A stretch of 64,000 nt of DNA, from positions 32,001-96,000 of the forward strand of contig CAYWJO010000004.1 of assembly GCA_964458565.1 (NCBI GenBank), read 5' to 3'. Below, one piece after another: positions 38,996 to 48,298 of this stretch. The notes beneath the pieces are model-generated. The model was not told where the DNA came from and did no database searches. It saw only the letters and a program-made list of their open reading frames with translations. Position 1 is the first letter of the stretch, and each line of letters starts with the position of its first letter. The translations under genes were made by a program, and so were the position numbers. The stretch comes from an uncultured archaeon (GTDB taxonomy: Archaea; Asgardarchaeota; Thorarchaeia; Thorarchaeales; Thorarchaeaceae).

Positions 38996-40498
38996 ATGTT
39001 GATTATAGAGGCCGTGGTGGATCAACCTGAGCATGGGATTAAGAAAGGTGATCGATTCCGGTTGTACATTGTTGATGCGCATCACCATATGGGTAGAGAA
39101 GGAACTCATCGTAATACTCCAATAGGAGCATATGATTTCTATACACTTCTATGGTTTGAATTAAAGAAAATGTCTCAGCACTTGCTTGAGAATGAAGAAT
39201 TATTATTCGAACCTGTTTCAATTAAGCCGCCAAAGCTTCCGACGAAATTATTCAGCTCTAGGAAATCTTGGAGAAAAATGAACCACGGATGGATGGTTGA
39301 TCGTACTATTGTTTTTCCTTATTCTGATGATTATGCAAAATCCAAAATAGATGAAGTTGCGTTCAAGGTTTCTAATGATAAGATTGCAGGATGGACAACT
39401 CGTGCTCCCCATTCTTCGCGATTGATTGGATTCTTAAGATTGGATCCTTCTGATGGGAAAACATTTGGTCTGGATATATTAGAAGATGAAATCGATAGGT
39501 GCGTGGATTATCTTGGACTTCGGGGAATAAAACTCCATCCAATATCTCAACTCTTCATTGATGATATTGCTAGTCCTTCGATGCGAACAATATTTCATAA
39601 GGCTGGTACTCATTCTCTCCCCATAATAATTGATACGAGGAATATTCGTACAGTCTTGAAGTTAAAATCCCTCATCGATACAATGGATTCAGTCAAAGAC
39701 ATGGTTGTGCCAAAAATCATACTTGCTCATGCAGGAATGAGTCCTTCAGATACGCGTCTATATGAATCTCTATGTAATCCCAATATTTATTGTGAAACGT
39801 CTTCTATTCACGGTCTTGATGTCCCTCTTCTATTTGATATGGCACAAAAAAATATTGGTTCCAACTGGTCCGAAAAGATTCTATTTGGGACTGACTATTC
39901 ATTTCTGTCGACTCAGGCAAATGAGGTGATTCTCCATCTTCTATCCCGTAATTTTAATGGTACTCTCTCTGATATTCAAAGCATACTTGGCGGTAATGCG
40001 ATGAAACTTGTACAGACACCATATAGAAGAAAATCCGCCTCTGAAATTTCCTCTCTGCGAATAACTTGTACAAGAAGCCCATCAAAAACAAGACATCTAC
40101 TTGAAAACGAGATTGTAAAATCCATTGGTAATGGAGATTTGGATTTACAAAGCATTGATTTGATGGTCCCTGGAGGCGAGAAGTGGCCCCAGCTTCAGCC
40201 TCTATTCTCCGGGGGTTTTAATGGGATTCATTTCAGATCTTACCTTTTAAGTTTAAAATCCACAAATGACATACTTTTGCACCTCTGGATTCGCGAAAGC
40301 CCTCGACAATTCCTTTCATGTGCAATTCTAAGTCTCGATGAAATAGAGTTGATGTCTGAAGGTGCATTTTCACCACAACGGCTGAATTCAATTCTAATTG
40401 ATTCTATTTTGGATACATCTGAAATTGTGGAATCTCCTCAAATTCTGGTAAGGAGAATACAGGAACACATTTTGAAAAGCACTCCCAATAAGTCTTAA
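38996..40498 (+). CDS. Amidohydrolase-2 family metal-dependent hydrolase with C-terminal extension
   Basis: DAHHH, GIKLHP, ILAHAG, ILFGTDY and ILGGNA motifs. Confidence 0.85.
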   Translation: MLIIEAVVDQPEHGIKKGDRFRLYIVDAHHHMGREGTHRNTPIGAYDFYTLLWFELKKMSQHLLENEELLFEPVSIKPPKLPTKLFSSRKSWRKMNHGWMVDRTIVFPYSDDYAKSKIDEVAFKVSNDKIAGWTTRAPHSSRLIGFLRLDPSDGKTFGLDILEDEIDRCVDYLGLRGIKLHPISQLFIDDIASPSMRTIFHKAGTHSLPIIIDTRNIRTVLKLKSLIDTMDSVKDMVVPKIILAHAGMSPSDTRLYESLCNPNIYCETSSIHGLDVPLLFDMAQKNIGSNWSEKILFGTDYSFLSTQANEVILHLLSRNFNGTLSDIQSILGGNAMKLVQTPYRRKSASEISSLRITCTRSPSKTRHLLENEIVKSIGNGDLDLQSIDLMVPGGEKWPQLQPLFSGGFNGIHFRSYLLSLKSTNDILLHLWIRESPRQFLSCAILSLDEIELMSEGAFSPQRLNSILIDSILDTSEIVESPQILVRRIQEHILKSTPNKS

Positions 40499-40544
40499 AA
40501 CCGCTCAGATGTAATGTCATTGTAGTAGAACAGGAGGCAGTGCA

Positions 40545-41834
40545 ATTACATCGAAATTATCTCTGGAAATTATTGATGGTGGAGACCTCAAGGGATTTGT
40601 TCATCTCAATCACGAGAAAGCAGAACAATTAGGCGCTGAGTTTGGTTCGATTGTTGTCTTTGAGGACCCGCAATCTGCGTTTTGGGGTGCTGGTGAAGTG
40701 CGTACAAATAATGAGGTGTCTGATGATAAAATCATGATAGATTCTCTTGTTTTAGAAGCATCACTCCTTATGGATGGAGATCAAGTAGAAGTTTCGTTAT
40801 ACGATGAGGATATGATTGCACTGGAATATGTTGAATTTGGGCTAAAGCCATTAACGGAGGAAGCAAACACAGAGGATTTGGTCACACGCGCTGCTGAGGA
40901 GGTTGAGAATCTGGAACGCCTTATTGGTGGTCGTTTGGTTTATCCAGGCATGTCTTTCAATTGGCCTGCCTTACAAGCAAAGGTGGAAATTATCAAGACG
41001 CGTCCCCATTTGACTGGAAAGAATTTCGCGAAGTTAGCTTTTGAGGCACTAAAGGAGAGAACTGGATACGAATTCAAGACCGTTGGGATTGCGACCCCAT
41101 TTAACGCAGTTCTATGTATTGATACAAGTGGATCGATGAAGACGACAGATGTTCCTGTAAAGGATATTGCTCACGCTCGTGAAGGGCTCAAAGACCTTGC
41201 AGGAGATAATCCTGAAGTACAGGAATTTCTTGATAGGTTCAAAGAGGGATCCAGAGTCAGTCGTGCTGAGGCTGCTGCAATGGCTGTCCTACTCTATCTA
41301 GCAGAGAAAGTTGGACGTGGATATGGAGAGAAAGTTGCCATAGTAACTTTCGAGAAAGATGTTAGTATAATGACTTTCATGAATACGGTTTCGGGACAAG
41401 TTCAACCATTTGTAGAGTGCACAGGGCGAGACAAATCCCTTGGTCTTCAGATTGTGAGTACTCATGTTGTCGATAAGGTTGAGGAAGGTGGTACTCTAAC
41501 GGATATGGGTAATGCGTTGAGCAAAGCAAGGGATGTGATCCAAGAATTCGGGGACTCTACTAAACCAACTATGCTCATTCTTCTTACTGATGGTATGACC
41601 ACTTCTGGTCCACCTCCATTGAAGGTTCTTAAGGAGCGATATAGCGACCTTAAGCATCTTGTAGTTTATTGTATTGGTCTTGGAGAACGTAGCGAGATTG
41701 ATGAAGAATTAATGCTGGCTCTATCACAACATGGTAATGGCACTTATCGTCATGTCGACAATATGAGAGATCTCTTAGAGTGGTATGGTCGCCTCGCTAC
41801 AGAATTTGCTGTTGTTATCAAGGGATCCGAATGA
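40545..41834 (+). CDS. CDC48-N-like double-psi barrel + vWA protein (probable ATT start)
   Basis: Frame is open 51 codons upstream of the GTG at 40698, back to ATT 40545, which lies 7 nt after GGAGG; intact DTSGS...T...TDG MIDAS. Confidence 0.8.
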   Translation: MTSKLSLEIIDGGDLKGFVHLNHEKAEQLGAEFGSIVVFEDPQSAFWGAGEVRTNNEVSDDKIMIDSLVLEASLLMDGDQVEVSLYDEDMIALEYVEFGLKPLTEEANTEDLVTRAAEEVENLERLIGGRLVYPGMSFNWPALQAKVEIIKTRPHLTGKNFAKLAFEALKERTGYEFKTVGIATPFNAVLCIDTSGSMKTTDVPVKDIAHAREGLKDLAGDNPEVQEFLDRFKEGSRVSRAEAAAMAVLLYLAEKVGRGYGEKVAIVTFEKDVSIMTFMNTVSGQVQPFVECTGRDKSLGLQIVSTHVVDKVEEGGTLTDMGNALSKARDVIQEFGDSTKPTMLILLTDGMTTSGPPPLKVLKERYSDLKHLVVYCIGLGERSEIDEELMLALSQHGNGTYRHVDNMRDLLEWYGRLATEFAVVIKGSE

Positions 41835-41841
41835 TTTCTAA

Positions 41842-43149
41842 TCACTCATGCTCTAGAGCTTGGGCAAGACCCTTCAGAGTATCCTCATCCATTTCCTCAA
41901 GCTGATCCTGGGGCATACTATCTAGCATATCTTTAGGAATTGCTATCATTATCTTCGCTTTTGATTCCCCGAATTTCTGAGTCAGGTCTTTAAATCGTTC
42001 CTCTTCTTCCGGTGTACGTGATTCTTTTTCCTTCAAACTATCTTCGAGAATTTCTACTAATTCGGATTTCTTCATCGATTCCAATTTTGAATCCGAATAA
42101 TTCTCCTTAACGTGTAAGGGAAGTTCATCAATAATCTCAGATTTAGTCATGCTTTTGTATTCAGACCCACCTGTTGCAGCAGCCTCTTCATCTTCATCAG
42201 ATGAAGCGGCAATAAGCGCTTCCAAATCTTCTTCGGAAAGAGTATCAAGTGTTCCCGCCGGGAGGGATTCCTTGATGTCCTTAGGTATTTTTGCTATTAA
42301 TTCCTCACGAGATATTTTCTTTACCTTGCGGACACGAGTAACTTTTCTTACCTTAACCTTCTTCTTCTTCTCTTTTTCCTTATCAAATGATGAAAGCAAT
42401 GAATCAACAAGTTCCCTTGCAGTTTCAGGTGTGAGTCTTTTCAAATCTTCAGGTGGTAATGAATCTAATATATCATCGGGCAGTTCGTCAAGTATTGCTT
42501 CCACTTCTGCGGATTTTACTACAGAAGCTTCTGCATCTTTTGCGCGATCTTTCTCTAACTGTGCTCTATATTCGTCTTCTTTTTCTTCAAGAAGTATGGA
42601 TCCTGACTCCATCTCCTCTACAATAGACATGTCATAGTCGATATTAAAATCACGGTCTCGCCAATTGATGAAGTGATCAATACCTAGAGATGTCAGCTTT
42701 ATGGATGCTAGATATTCCCTTATCTCTTCTTCTCCCATATCCTCGAAGTTGTTTACGATTACAGACACTTTCTCTCTTGGAATCCGTGCCCAGATTGGAC
42801 CATGCAGCAATTTTGACAACCCAGCCGCACAATGCGAACGAACCCATGGATTAGAATCATGGAGTCCACGAATCATAGTCGGTATAGTTTTAGGTTGCTT
42901 GTACCATGCCAAAACTTGTGCTGCAGCAATTCGAACTTCTGCTTCCTCATCGTCAATTACATCGACAACATTGTCTACAATCGTAGGATCATTCAGGTCG
43001 ATTGCAGCTATTAGAGCACGAGCTCTCACAACATCAGAGGTGTCTGTGAAAGCTTTCTCGAGTGCCTTTCTTACTCTCTTGTCCTTTCTTGCCTGTATTC
43101 CTACTTCTTCCATTTCATATTCAAGCAATAGCCTTCTTGTTTCCGACAA
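41842..43149 (-). CDS. HEAT-repeat protein with four acidic C-terminal repeats
   Basis: DTSDVVRARA, DEEAEVRIAAA and DSNPWVRSHCA HEAT repeats; (I/L)..(L/I)P repeats in the C-terminal half. Confidence 0.82.
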   Translation of the reverse strand: MSETRRLLLEYEMEEVGIQARKDKRVRKALEKAFTDTSDVVRARALIAAIDLNDPTIVDNVVDVIDDEEAEVRIAAAQVLAWYKQPKTIPTMIRGLHDSNPWVRSHCAAGLSKLLHGPIWARIPREKVSVIVNNFEDMGEEEIREYLASIKLTSLGIDHFINWRDRDFNIDYDMSIVEEMESGSILLEEKEDEYRAQLEKDRAKDAEASVVKSAEVEAILDELPDDILDSLPPEDLKRLTPETARELVDSLLSSFDKEKEKKKKVKVRKVTRVRKVKKISREELIAKIPKDIKESLPAGTLDTLSEEDLEALIAASSDEDEEAAATGGSEYKSMTKSEIIDELPLHVKENYSDSKLESMKKSELVEILEDSLKEKESRTPEEEERFKDLTQKFGESKAKIMIAIPKDMLDSMPQDQLEEMDEDTLKGLAQALEHE

Positions 43150-43336
43150 GAGGAGTCCTCCGAAGCGACTAATTTCATTACTTCATGAAGAGTTGACTGG
43201 TGGCGTTTCAGCTCTTCTTTTCTATTTCAGAATATTGAAGTCCTATACTTAAATGAGTTGGCTCTACGTATATGGTTTTTGTGTCTATGTCACTTACCAC
43301 ATCAAATTTAGGAAGGTATGTTTTCAATCCTTTTGA

Positions 43337-44152
43337 ATGCACATGATTAATGATAAAGACTACCTGCGGATTCTGCTATTTTCTCTCATTATGTTTCTAA
43401 TTACTCTAGGAGCACTAGTACTCCCGATAATTGCTGGCCCTGATGCTGAGGGTTTAATCTCTACGCTCATGTTTTTTCTAACCTTCATACTTTTTTGGGT
43501 AACTGTAGCAATTTTCCTTTCCTGGGAAGGTAAAGGTGAATCCATCGAGAAATTGGGACTTGAATGGGATAACAAAACTATTCCCCATATCATGATTGGT
43601 GCTATTGTAGGCATCTTAGCTAGTGGTCTTGTTTTCATATTTGCAGCCTTTTTTGGCGGTGACCTTCGACCCGTTGCAGAAATTACAGGTGACTTAATCG
43701 TGGCTGAGGTAATAATCACAGCACCTGTTGCATTTTTCGAAGAATTGACATATCGCGGCTATTTAATGACTAGAATGGAGGGTCTATTTGGAAAAGAGTT
43801 GGCTATCGTATCAAGTGCAATTATTTTTTCATTGCTTCATTTTGCATGGTGGACCAGATTATCAGGATCTGAATTATACTTGATTCTCATTTTTACTTTC
43901 AATATGTTCCTCGGTGGAGTTGTCTTGGGTTATGGGTATTACCTTTCTGGAAGAAAACTCTGGGTTCCAATCGCATTTCATTTCACATGGAATATTATTG
44001 CATACATCCTCTTTCCTTCTTTCACTAGAGACCCTGTCACAAATCCCGGGATATTTCAGATAGAATGGGGGGTTACAACAATTCCAGGGTTCCTGTTTGG
44101 ATTATCCCTTTTTTATCTACTACTAAATGAAATTAAACGTAGAAAAAAATGA
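43337..44152 (+). CDS. CPBP/Abi (type II CAAX) intramembrane metalloprotease
   Basis: EELTYRG, FSLLH and H..WN motifs. Confidence 0.9.
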   Translation: MHMINDKDYLRILLFSLIMFLITLGALVLPIIAGPDAEGLISTLMFFLTFILFWVTVAIFLSWEGKGESIEKLGLEWDNKTIPHIMIGAIVGILASGLVFIFAAFFGGDLRPVAEITGDLIVAEVIITAPVAFFEELTYRGYLMTRMEGLFGKELAIVSSAIIFSLLHFAWWTRLSGSELYLILIFTFNMFLGGVVLGYGYYLSGRKLWVPIAFHFTWNIIAYILFPSFTRDPVTNPGIFQIEWGVTTIPGFLFGLSLFYLLLNEIKRRKK

Positions 44153-44181
44153 ATGGTCGGAATTCTTCTGACCTATTCAAT

Positions 44182-44907
44182 TCACTGTGATGGGGACTCA
44201 TCACCTGAGGAAACATAGCTGGCATCTTCCTTGGTGACAATCATAGTGAGTCCTGTTATCCCGATTATTGACACGGTTTCTCCTTTAGATATGGGTGGTC
44301 CTGATGTCTTTGCCCACCATATCTCTGCACCCACTTTGATCTTTCCTTTTGGATCGATGTCAGTAAGCGCCACAAGATCACTCATTTTGCCATATTGATA
44401 TTCCGGCCATTTCTCGTAGTCACGCAGGAATGCAAAGTATATACCCATGAGACAGAGAATAGATCCCGCCATGATGTATATTGGTAATCTTCCTGAGGGA
44501 TCAATTAAGACTGCAAGAAATATTGCAATCCCATAAAATGGAAAGAGCTTCAACGATACTTTTGCATCAATAAAGCCGCCTTCTATGACTCCACCACCAC
44601 CAGTGAATATGGCAAACATCATGTAGAGGATTCCACCAATTATGATGATTAACCACCATTGATTATTGATGTCCCACCCAGTCAACCAAATCTGAAATAC
44701 GAAAAGAATGACTACCAAGGGAACAACTACTTGAGCCATCGCTTTCCCTGTTGCAGGCTCTACTGTGAGAACCAACAGAGTAAGTACGATTGACATTAGT
44801 ATGAGTCCGAATAATGGGTCGACAAGGAAGTAAGTCATGCTGACACTTAGAACTGATAGCATTAGCATGACTACAACAATCTTTATCCAAGCATCCAATC
44901 CAAGCAC
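44182..44907 (-). CDS. NfeD-family membrane protein
   Basis: TM N-terminus + PKGKIKVGAEIWWA...I.KGE.V OB domain; downstream of the stomatin gene. Confidence 0.85.
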   Translation of the reverse strand: MLGLDAWIKIVVVMLMLSVLSVSMTYFLVDPLFGLILMSIVLTLLVLTVEPATGKAMAQVVVPLVVILFVFQIWLTGWDINNQWWLIIIIGGILYMMFAIFTGGGGVIEGGFIDAKVSLKLFPFYGIAIFLAVLIDPSGRLPIYIMAGSILCLMGIYFAFLRDYEKWPEYQYGKMSDLVALTDIDPKGKIKVGAEIWWAKTSGPPISKGETVSIIGITGLTMIVTKEDASYVSSGDESPSQ

Positions 44908-44928
44908 CTCAAATCAAAAGAGTATGTA

Positions 44929-45765
44929 TCAATCCTCCACAGTACCCTTATCCTTGGGCAATCGTAGTCCTCCAGTTCCAACTGACATTGCTGCTGCTGT
45001 TCCTGCAGTTACTCCTACTTCAGGTATGTTTGTAGGTACCATGATGATTAGATTCGCGTTCTTGGATATCTCTTGCATAATGTTCCATGTTCTGAGAACG
45101 AACCCAACTGAAGATTTCTCATACATCTTCGCTGCTTTGAGCATGTTTTCAGCAGCTTCGAGCTCAGCTGTAGCTAGTGTGATTCTTGCTCGGCGCTCTC
45201 TCTCTGCTTGAGCTTCACGACTCATTGCATCTTGAAGTGCTGCTGGAATCACAACATCTCGTATCTCTACAGATGTGACTTTGACACCCCAATGTTCTGT
45301 CTTTTCGTCAATTAATTCTTGCAGGTGACCTGCAATTTGATCACGCTCAGATAGTAGCTGATCAAGTGTTACTTTACCTGTGGTTTCTCTCAATGTTGTC
45401 TGTGCTGCAAGTTCCACTGCTACCGCATAACGTTCTACTGTCAGGATTGCTTTCTCTACATCTATAATGCGGAAATACATGACAGCGTCTACAACAACGG
45501 GTACATTATCCTTAGTCAATGACCTCTCTGTCTTGAACGCGTATGTCAGAAGCCTGAGGGAAACTTTCATAGCTATTTTATCTAGCAGTGGAAATACCCA
45601 CACGATTCCAGGTCCCTTAATATTGCGGAATTTTCCCAATCTTAGTATTGCAATTCTCTCCCATTCCTTGAGAACTTTGATTCCTGATGCTACAAACATG
45701 AGGATAAATATCGCAATGAATGTGATGAGAAGCATAATCATAAATCCTAAATCAAACGTTTGCAA
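44929..45765 (-). CDS. SPFH/stomatin (slipin) family protein
   Basis: RLGK...GPG, TKDNV...DAV, AQTTLR, WGVKV..VEIRD and AQAERERRA motifs. Confidence 0.93.
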   Translation of the reverse strand: MQTFDLGFMIMLLITFIAIFILMFVASGIKVLKEWERIAILRLGKFRNIKGPGIVWVFPLLDKIAMKVSLRLLTYAFKTERSLTKDNVPVVVDAVMYFRIIDVEKAILTVERYAVAVELAAQTTLRETTGKVTLDQLLSERDQIAGHLQELIDEKTEHWGVKVTSVEIRDVVIPAALQDAMSREAQAERERRARITLATAELEAAENMLKAAKMYEKSSVGFVLRTWNIMQEISKNANLIIMVPTNIPEVGVTAGTAAAMSVGTGGLRLPKDKGTVED

Positions 45766-45913
45766 TTCTTATTTACTCCTCGCACTCACACGTTTCTCTA
45801 CGCGTGGTAAACGGTACAACTGTCCGTTTCTGTATGTATATCTACCTGAATGGTATATGAAGCTTCGTCTCTAATTATTGACGACCAAGTTGTTCAGTTT
45901 TTTCCTTACTAGC

Positions 45914-46879
45914 TTATGTATCTTCCATATCAAGAAGTAGCTCCTCTCTCTGAGCTGAACTGAATGGCATGGATGGAAGCGGAAATACATTCAGGATGGT
46001 TCGACTTATGGCAACTAGCAGTCCGGTAGTGAATATTGACGCTACTGTTCTCTCTATTGGATACAGAAACATGACTGCTGACCACCACCCCCAAATCGTG
46101 TTAACATCTAATCCAAAGGTGTAAAATAAATAGTAAACTCCAATTGCAGATCCTAAAGCTTGGTCAACCATAACCGCAAGGAATGCCAATATCCAAAATG
46201 CAAACAAGCTTTCAGCAAACAAATTCGAAAGAAGCATTCCTAGAATGATTAATACGAGAACACCACCTCCAAAGAGGATTATCGCTAATAGATGAAAGTC
46301 AGGTAAATAGAATAACCCGAATCCTGAAATTAGCAGCAAAGTGGGTACCAGAAGCAGGAATTTGTTTGGATTCTCAAGTTTTCTGAATATTATTTTTCCT
46401 GACTTAAAATTCAGATAATCTAAGAATTTAGTTGAAATCATTGGTACAGCAATGATCAATGCTAATACTAACCCGAAAAGGTGGAACCAAAGAAAACCAA
46501 TTCCAAGTATTCCGATTGGACTAAGAATGTATAATACAACCGCCATGAGGTAAATAACCAATACTCCTATTGGTTTACGAATACGAATAAATCCTGCCGC
46601 GAGCGCTCCAGCAGCTGTTGCTATAGGTGTGAATAGGCCGAGGACCATTAGTTCTGCATTAGCAAACATTGCAACATAGGAACCAATAAGGACTGAAATT
46701 GTACCTACGATTGGTCCTAAAAGGAAACCTGAAACTGCAGCGCTTACCATTCCTAGGGAAATGATCCCTCCTGTTCCAGCTGCAGGAACTGCTGGTATCA
46801 TTGTAAGAGTAAAATGAAGTGCAGCAAACATACTCGTTAATGCAATTCTATATGATGGGGAATCAATTTCATAGGTCAT
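45914..46879 (-). CDS. ECF transporter S-component-like membrane protein (extended)
   Basis: IALTSMFAAL N-terminal AxxxA-type helix, GFLLGP..G motif, multiple TM segments. Confidence 0.65.
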   Translation of the reverse strand: MTYEIDSPSYRIALTSMFAALHFTLTMIPAVPAAGTGGIISLGMVSAAVSGFLLGPIVGTISVLIGSYVAMFANAELMVLGLFTPIATAAGALAAGFIRIRKPIGVLVIYLMAVVLYILSPIGILGIGFLWFHLFGLVLALIIAVPMISTKFLDYLNFKSGKIIFRKLENPNKFLLLVPTLLLISGFGLFYLPDFHLLAIILFGGGVLVLIILGMLLSNLFAESLFAFWILAFLAVMVDQALGSAIGVYYLFYTFGLDVNTIWGWWSAVMFLYPIERTVASIFTTGLLVAISRTILNVFPLPSMPFSSAQREELLLDMEDT

Positions 46880-46899
46880 CTACTACCCTCCGATTGTAG

Positions 46900-46918
46900 T
46901 GTAGTATAGTAAACTACA
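46900..46918. promoter_or_regulatory. Palindromic candidate operator between the divergent ECF-S gene and wHTH regulator
   Basis: TGTAGTAT-AGT-AAACTACA (7 of 8 positions complementary). Confidence 0.45.
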
Positions 46919-46984
46919 TAGGTAAGTATGTACATAGAGTCGACAAGAAAACAACTATTTGAACCTAACGGGAGCAAGTAAAAG

Positions 46985-48298
46985 ATGAAAAAACCCGTCG
47001 AACTCTGGCCCTATCTTCTTTTCCTGCCTATTGATATGGAGAAAAGAAACAAATTCATCAGGTCTATTTTGTCTTCAAAGGTTGCATCATCTATTTTCTC
47101 GAGCTTTGGAACCGAAGGCCGAGTACTTCAGAGAGACCTAGTTGAGGAACTTCCACATTCAAATAAGACCATAATCTCGTTTCTAGAAAAATTACGAAAA
47201 TATGGCCTTATCATTTCAGGTTCAGAGGTCTCTGGGGGAAAACGTGTTGTTGTTCATGAGTTAACGAAGACTGGGTGGGAATTTTCAAGATTCTTTTTCG
47301 AGGGACTGCCTTCAGATATTGGAGATTTGACTACATCTCTTTTGGAGGAATACTTGCTACGCCTCGTAATGCTGCATCGTGAGCAACAGCTTCCTGATAC
47401 GATGGTTTTTGACGCCTTTACTAGAGCTCGAACAAAGGCATTCATCCATAACTCTCCCAAATACAACAAATCAGATGTGACAATTATTGCACCCATTATT
47501 GTTGATACAATCCTGAAATGTAGAGATTTTCCATCTCCTGGTGAAACTGTTGAATACCAACCTTTGATGCGTATTCCAAGAGGAACTGGTTTCGATGTAG
47601 CAAAACAAATTGCAGACCATCAGGTTCGTGTCGCATATATCAGTGAGGTCGGTAATGATCAAAAGGGATGGAATGCTCTTTCAGAGCTAATACGACAAAA
47701 TGTAGACGTCACAGGTGTTAAAATATCTGAGACCTTACATACCCCTGAATCATTCACCCTTACGAATGAGAAAGACGAGAGAAAGCTAATTGACCGTAGT
47801 GAAAAAATAGCTTTCAATATCCATTCGCCCTCAGACGTTCCATGGAGTACCTTAGAGTCCACAAGGGTGGTTTTTCTTGATGATATCTCTCCTGAGGTTG
47901 GGATTACAATTGCTGTATTTTCACGGTCAAGGGGCATACCTGTTGTGATCAGTTGTCCACCACTATGTACTAAAGATCGATTTGAAGATTATATTCCATT
48001 TCTCTCCCAAGTAGATGTAATCCTAATGTCCAATGAATCATGGAGTGCGATCAAGAAAGTGATGGATAATAATCCTGTAAAACAGATGCGTCTTCATACT
48101 CAAGCTAGCATAATTGCCAGAGTTACAAAAAGAAGCTATAAACTCTATCTACCTGAAAAGGGAATCACAAGTCAGACATCCAATCAAAGTAATGACATTA
48201 CGACGAAATATATCTCGGGATTTCTGAAAGGTATGTTACAGGCATATAGCATTCAAGAGGCTCACAATATGGGCTTGGAGTATGAAGAATCAAGCTAG
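46985..48298 (+). CDS. wHTH transcriptional regulator fused to a degenerate PfkB/ribokinase domain
   Basis: N-terminal wHTH (LVEEL..SNKTII..LEKL...GLI...LT..G); PfkB motifs FPSPGE, VGND..G and N..E present, GAGD motif absent. Confidence 0.8.
   Translation: MKKPVELWPYLLFLPIDMEKRNKFIRSILSSKVASSIFSSFGTEGRVLQRDLVEELPHSNKTIISFLEKLRKYGLIISGSEVSGGKRVVVHELTKTGWEFSRFFFEGLPSDIGDLTTSLLEEYLLRLVMLHREQQLPDTMVFDAFTRARTKAFIHNSPKYNKSDVTIIAPIIVDTILKCRDFPSPGETVEYQPLMRIPRGTGFDVAKQIADHQVRVAYISEVGNDQKGWNALSELIRQNVDVTGVKISETLHTPESFTLTNEKDERKLIDRSEKIAFNIHSPSDVPWSTLESTRVVFLDDISPEVGITIAVFSRSRGIPVVISCPPLCTKDRFEDYIPFLSQVDVILMSNESWSAIKKVMDNNPVKQMRLHTQASIIARVTKRSYKLYLPEKGITSQTSNQSNDITTKYISGFLKGMLQAYSIQEAHNMGLEYEESS

Noticed and set aside
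42149-43252. Ser-rich plus-strand ORFs of 162 and 183 aa
   Set aside because: Antisense shadows of the Glu/Asp-rich HEAT protein.
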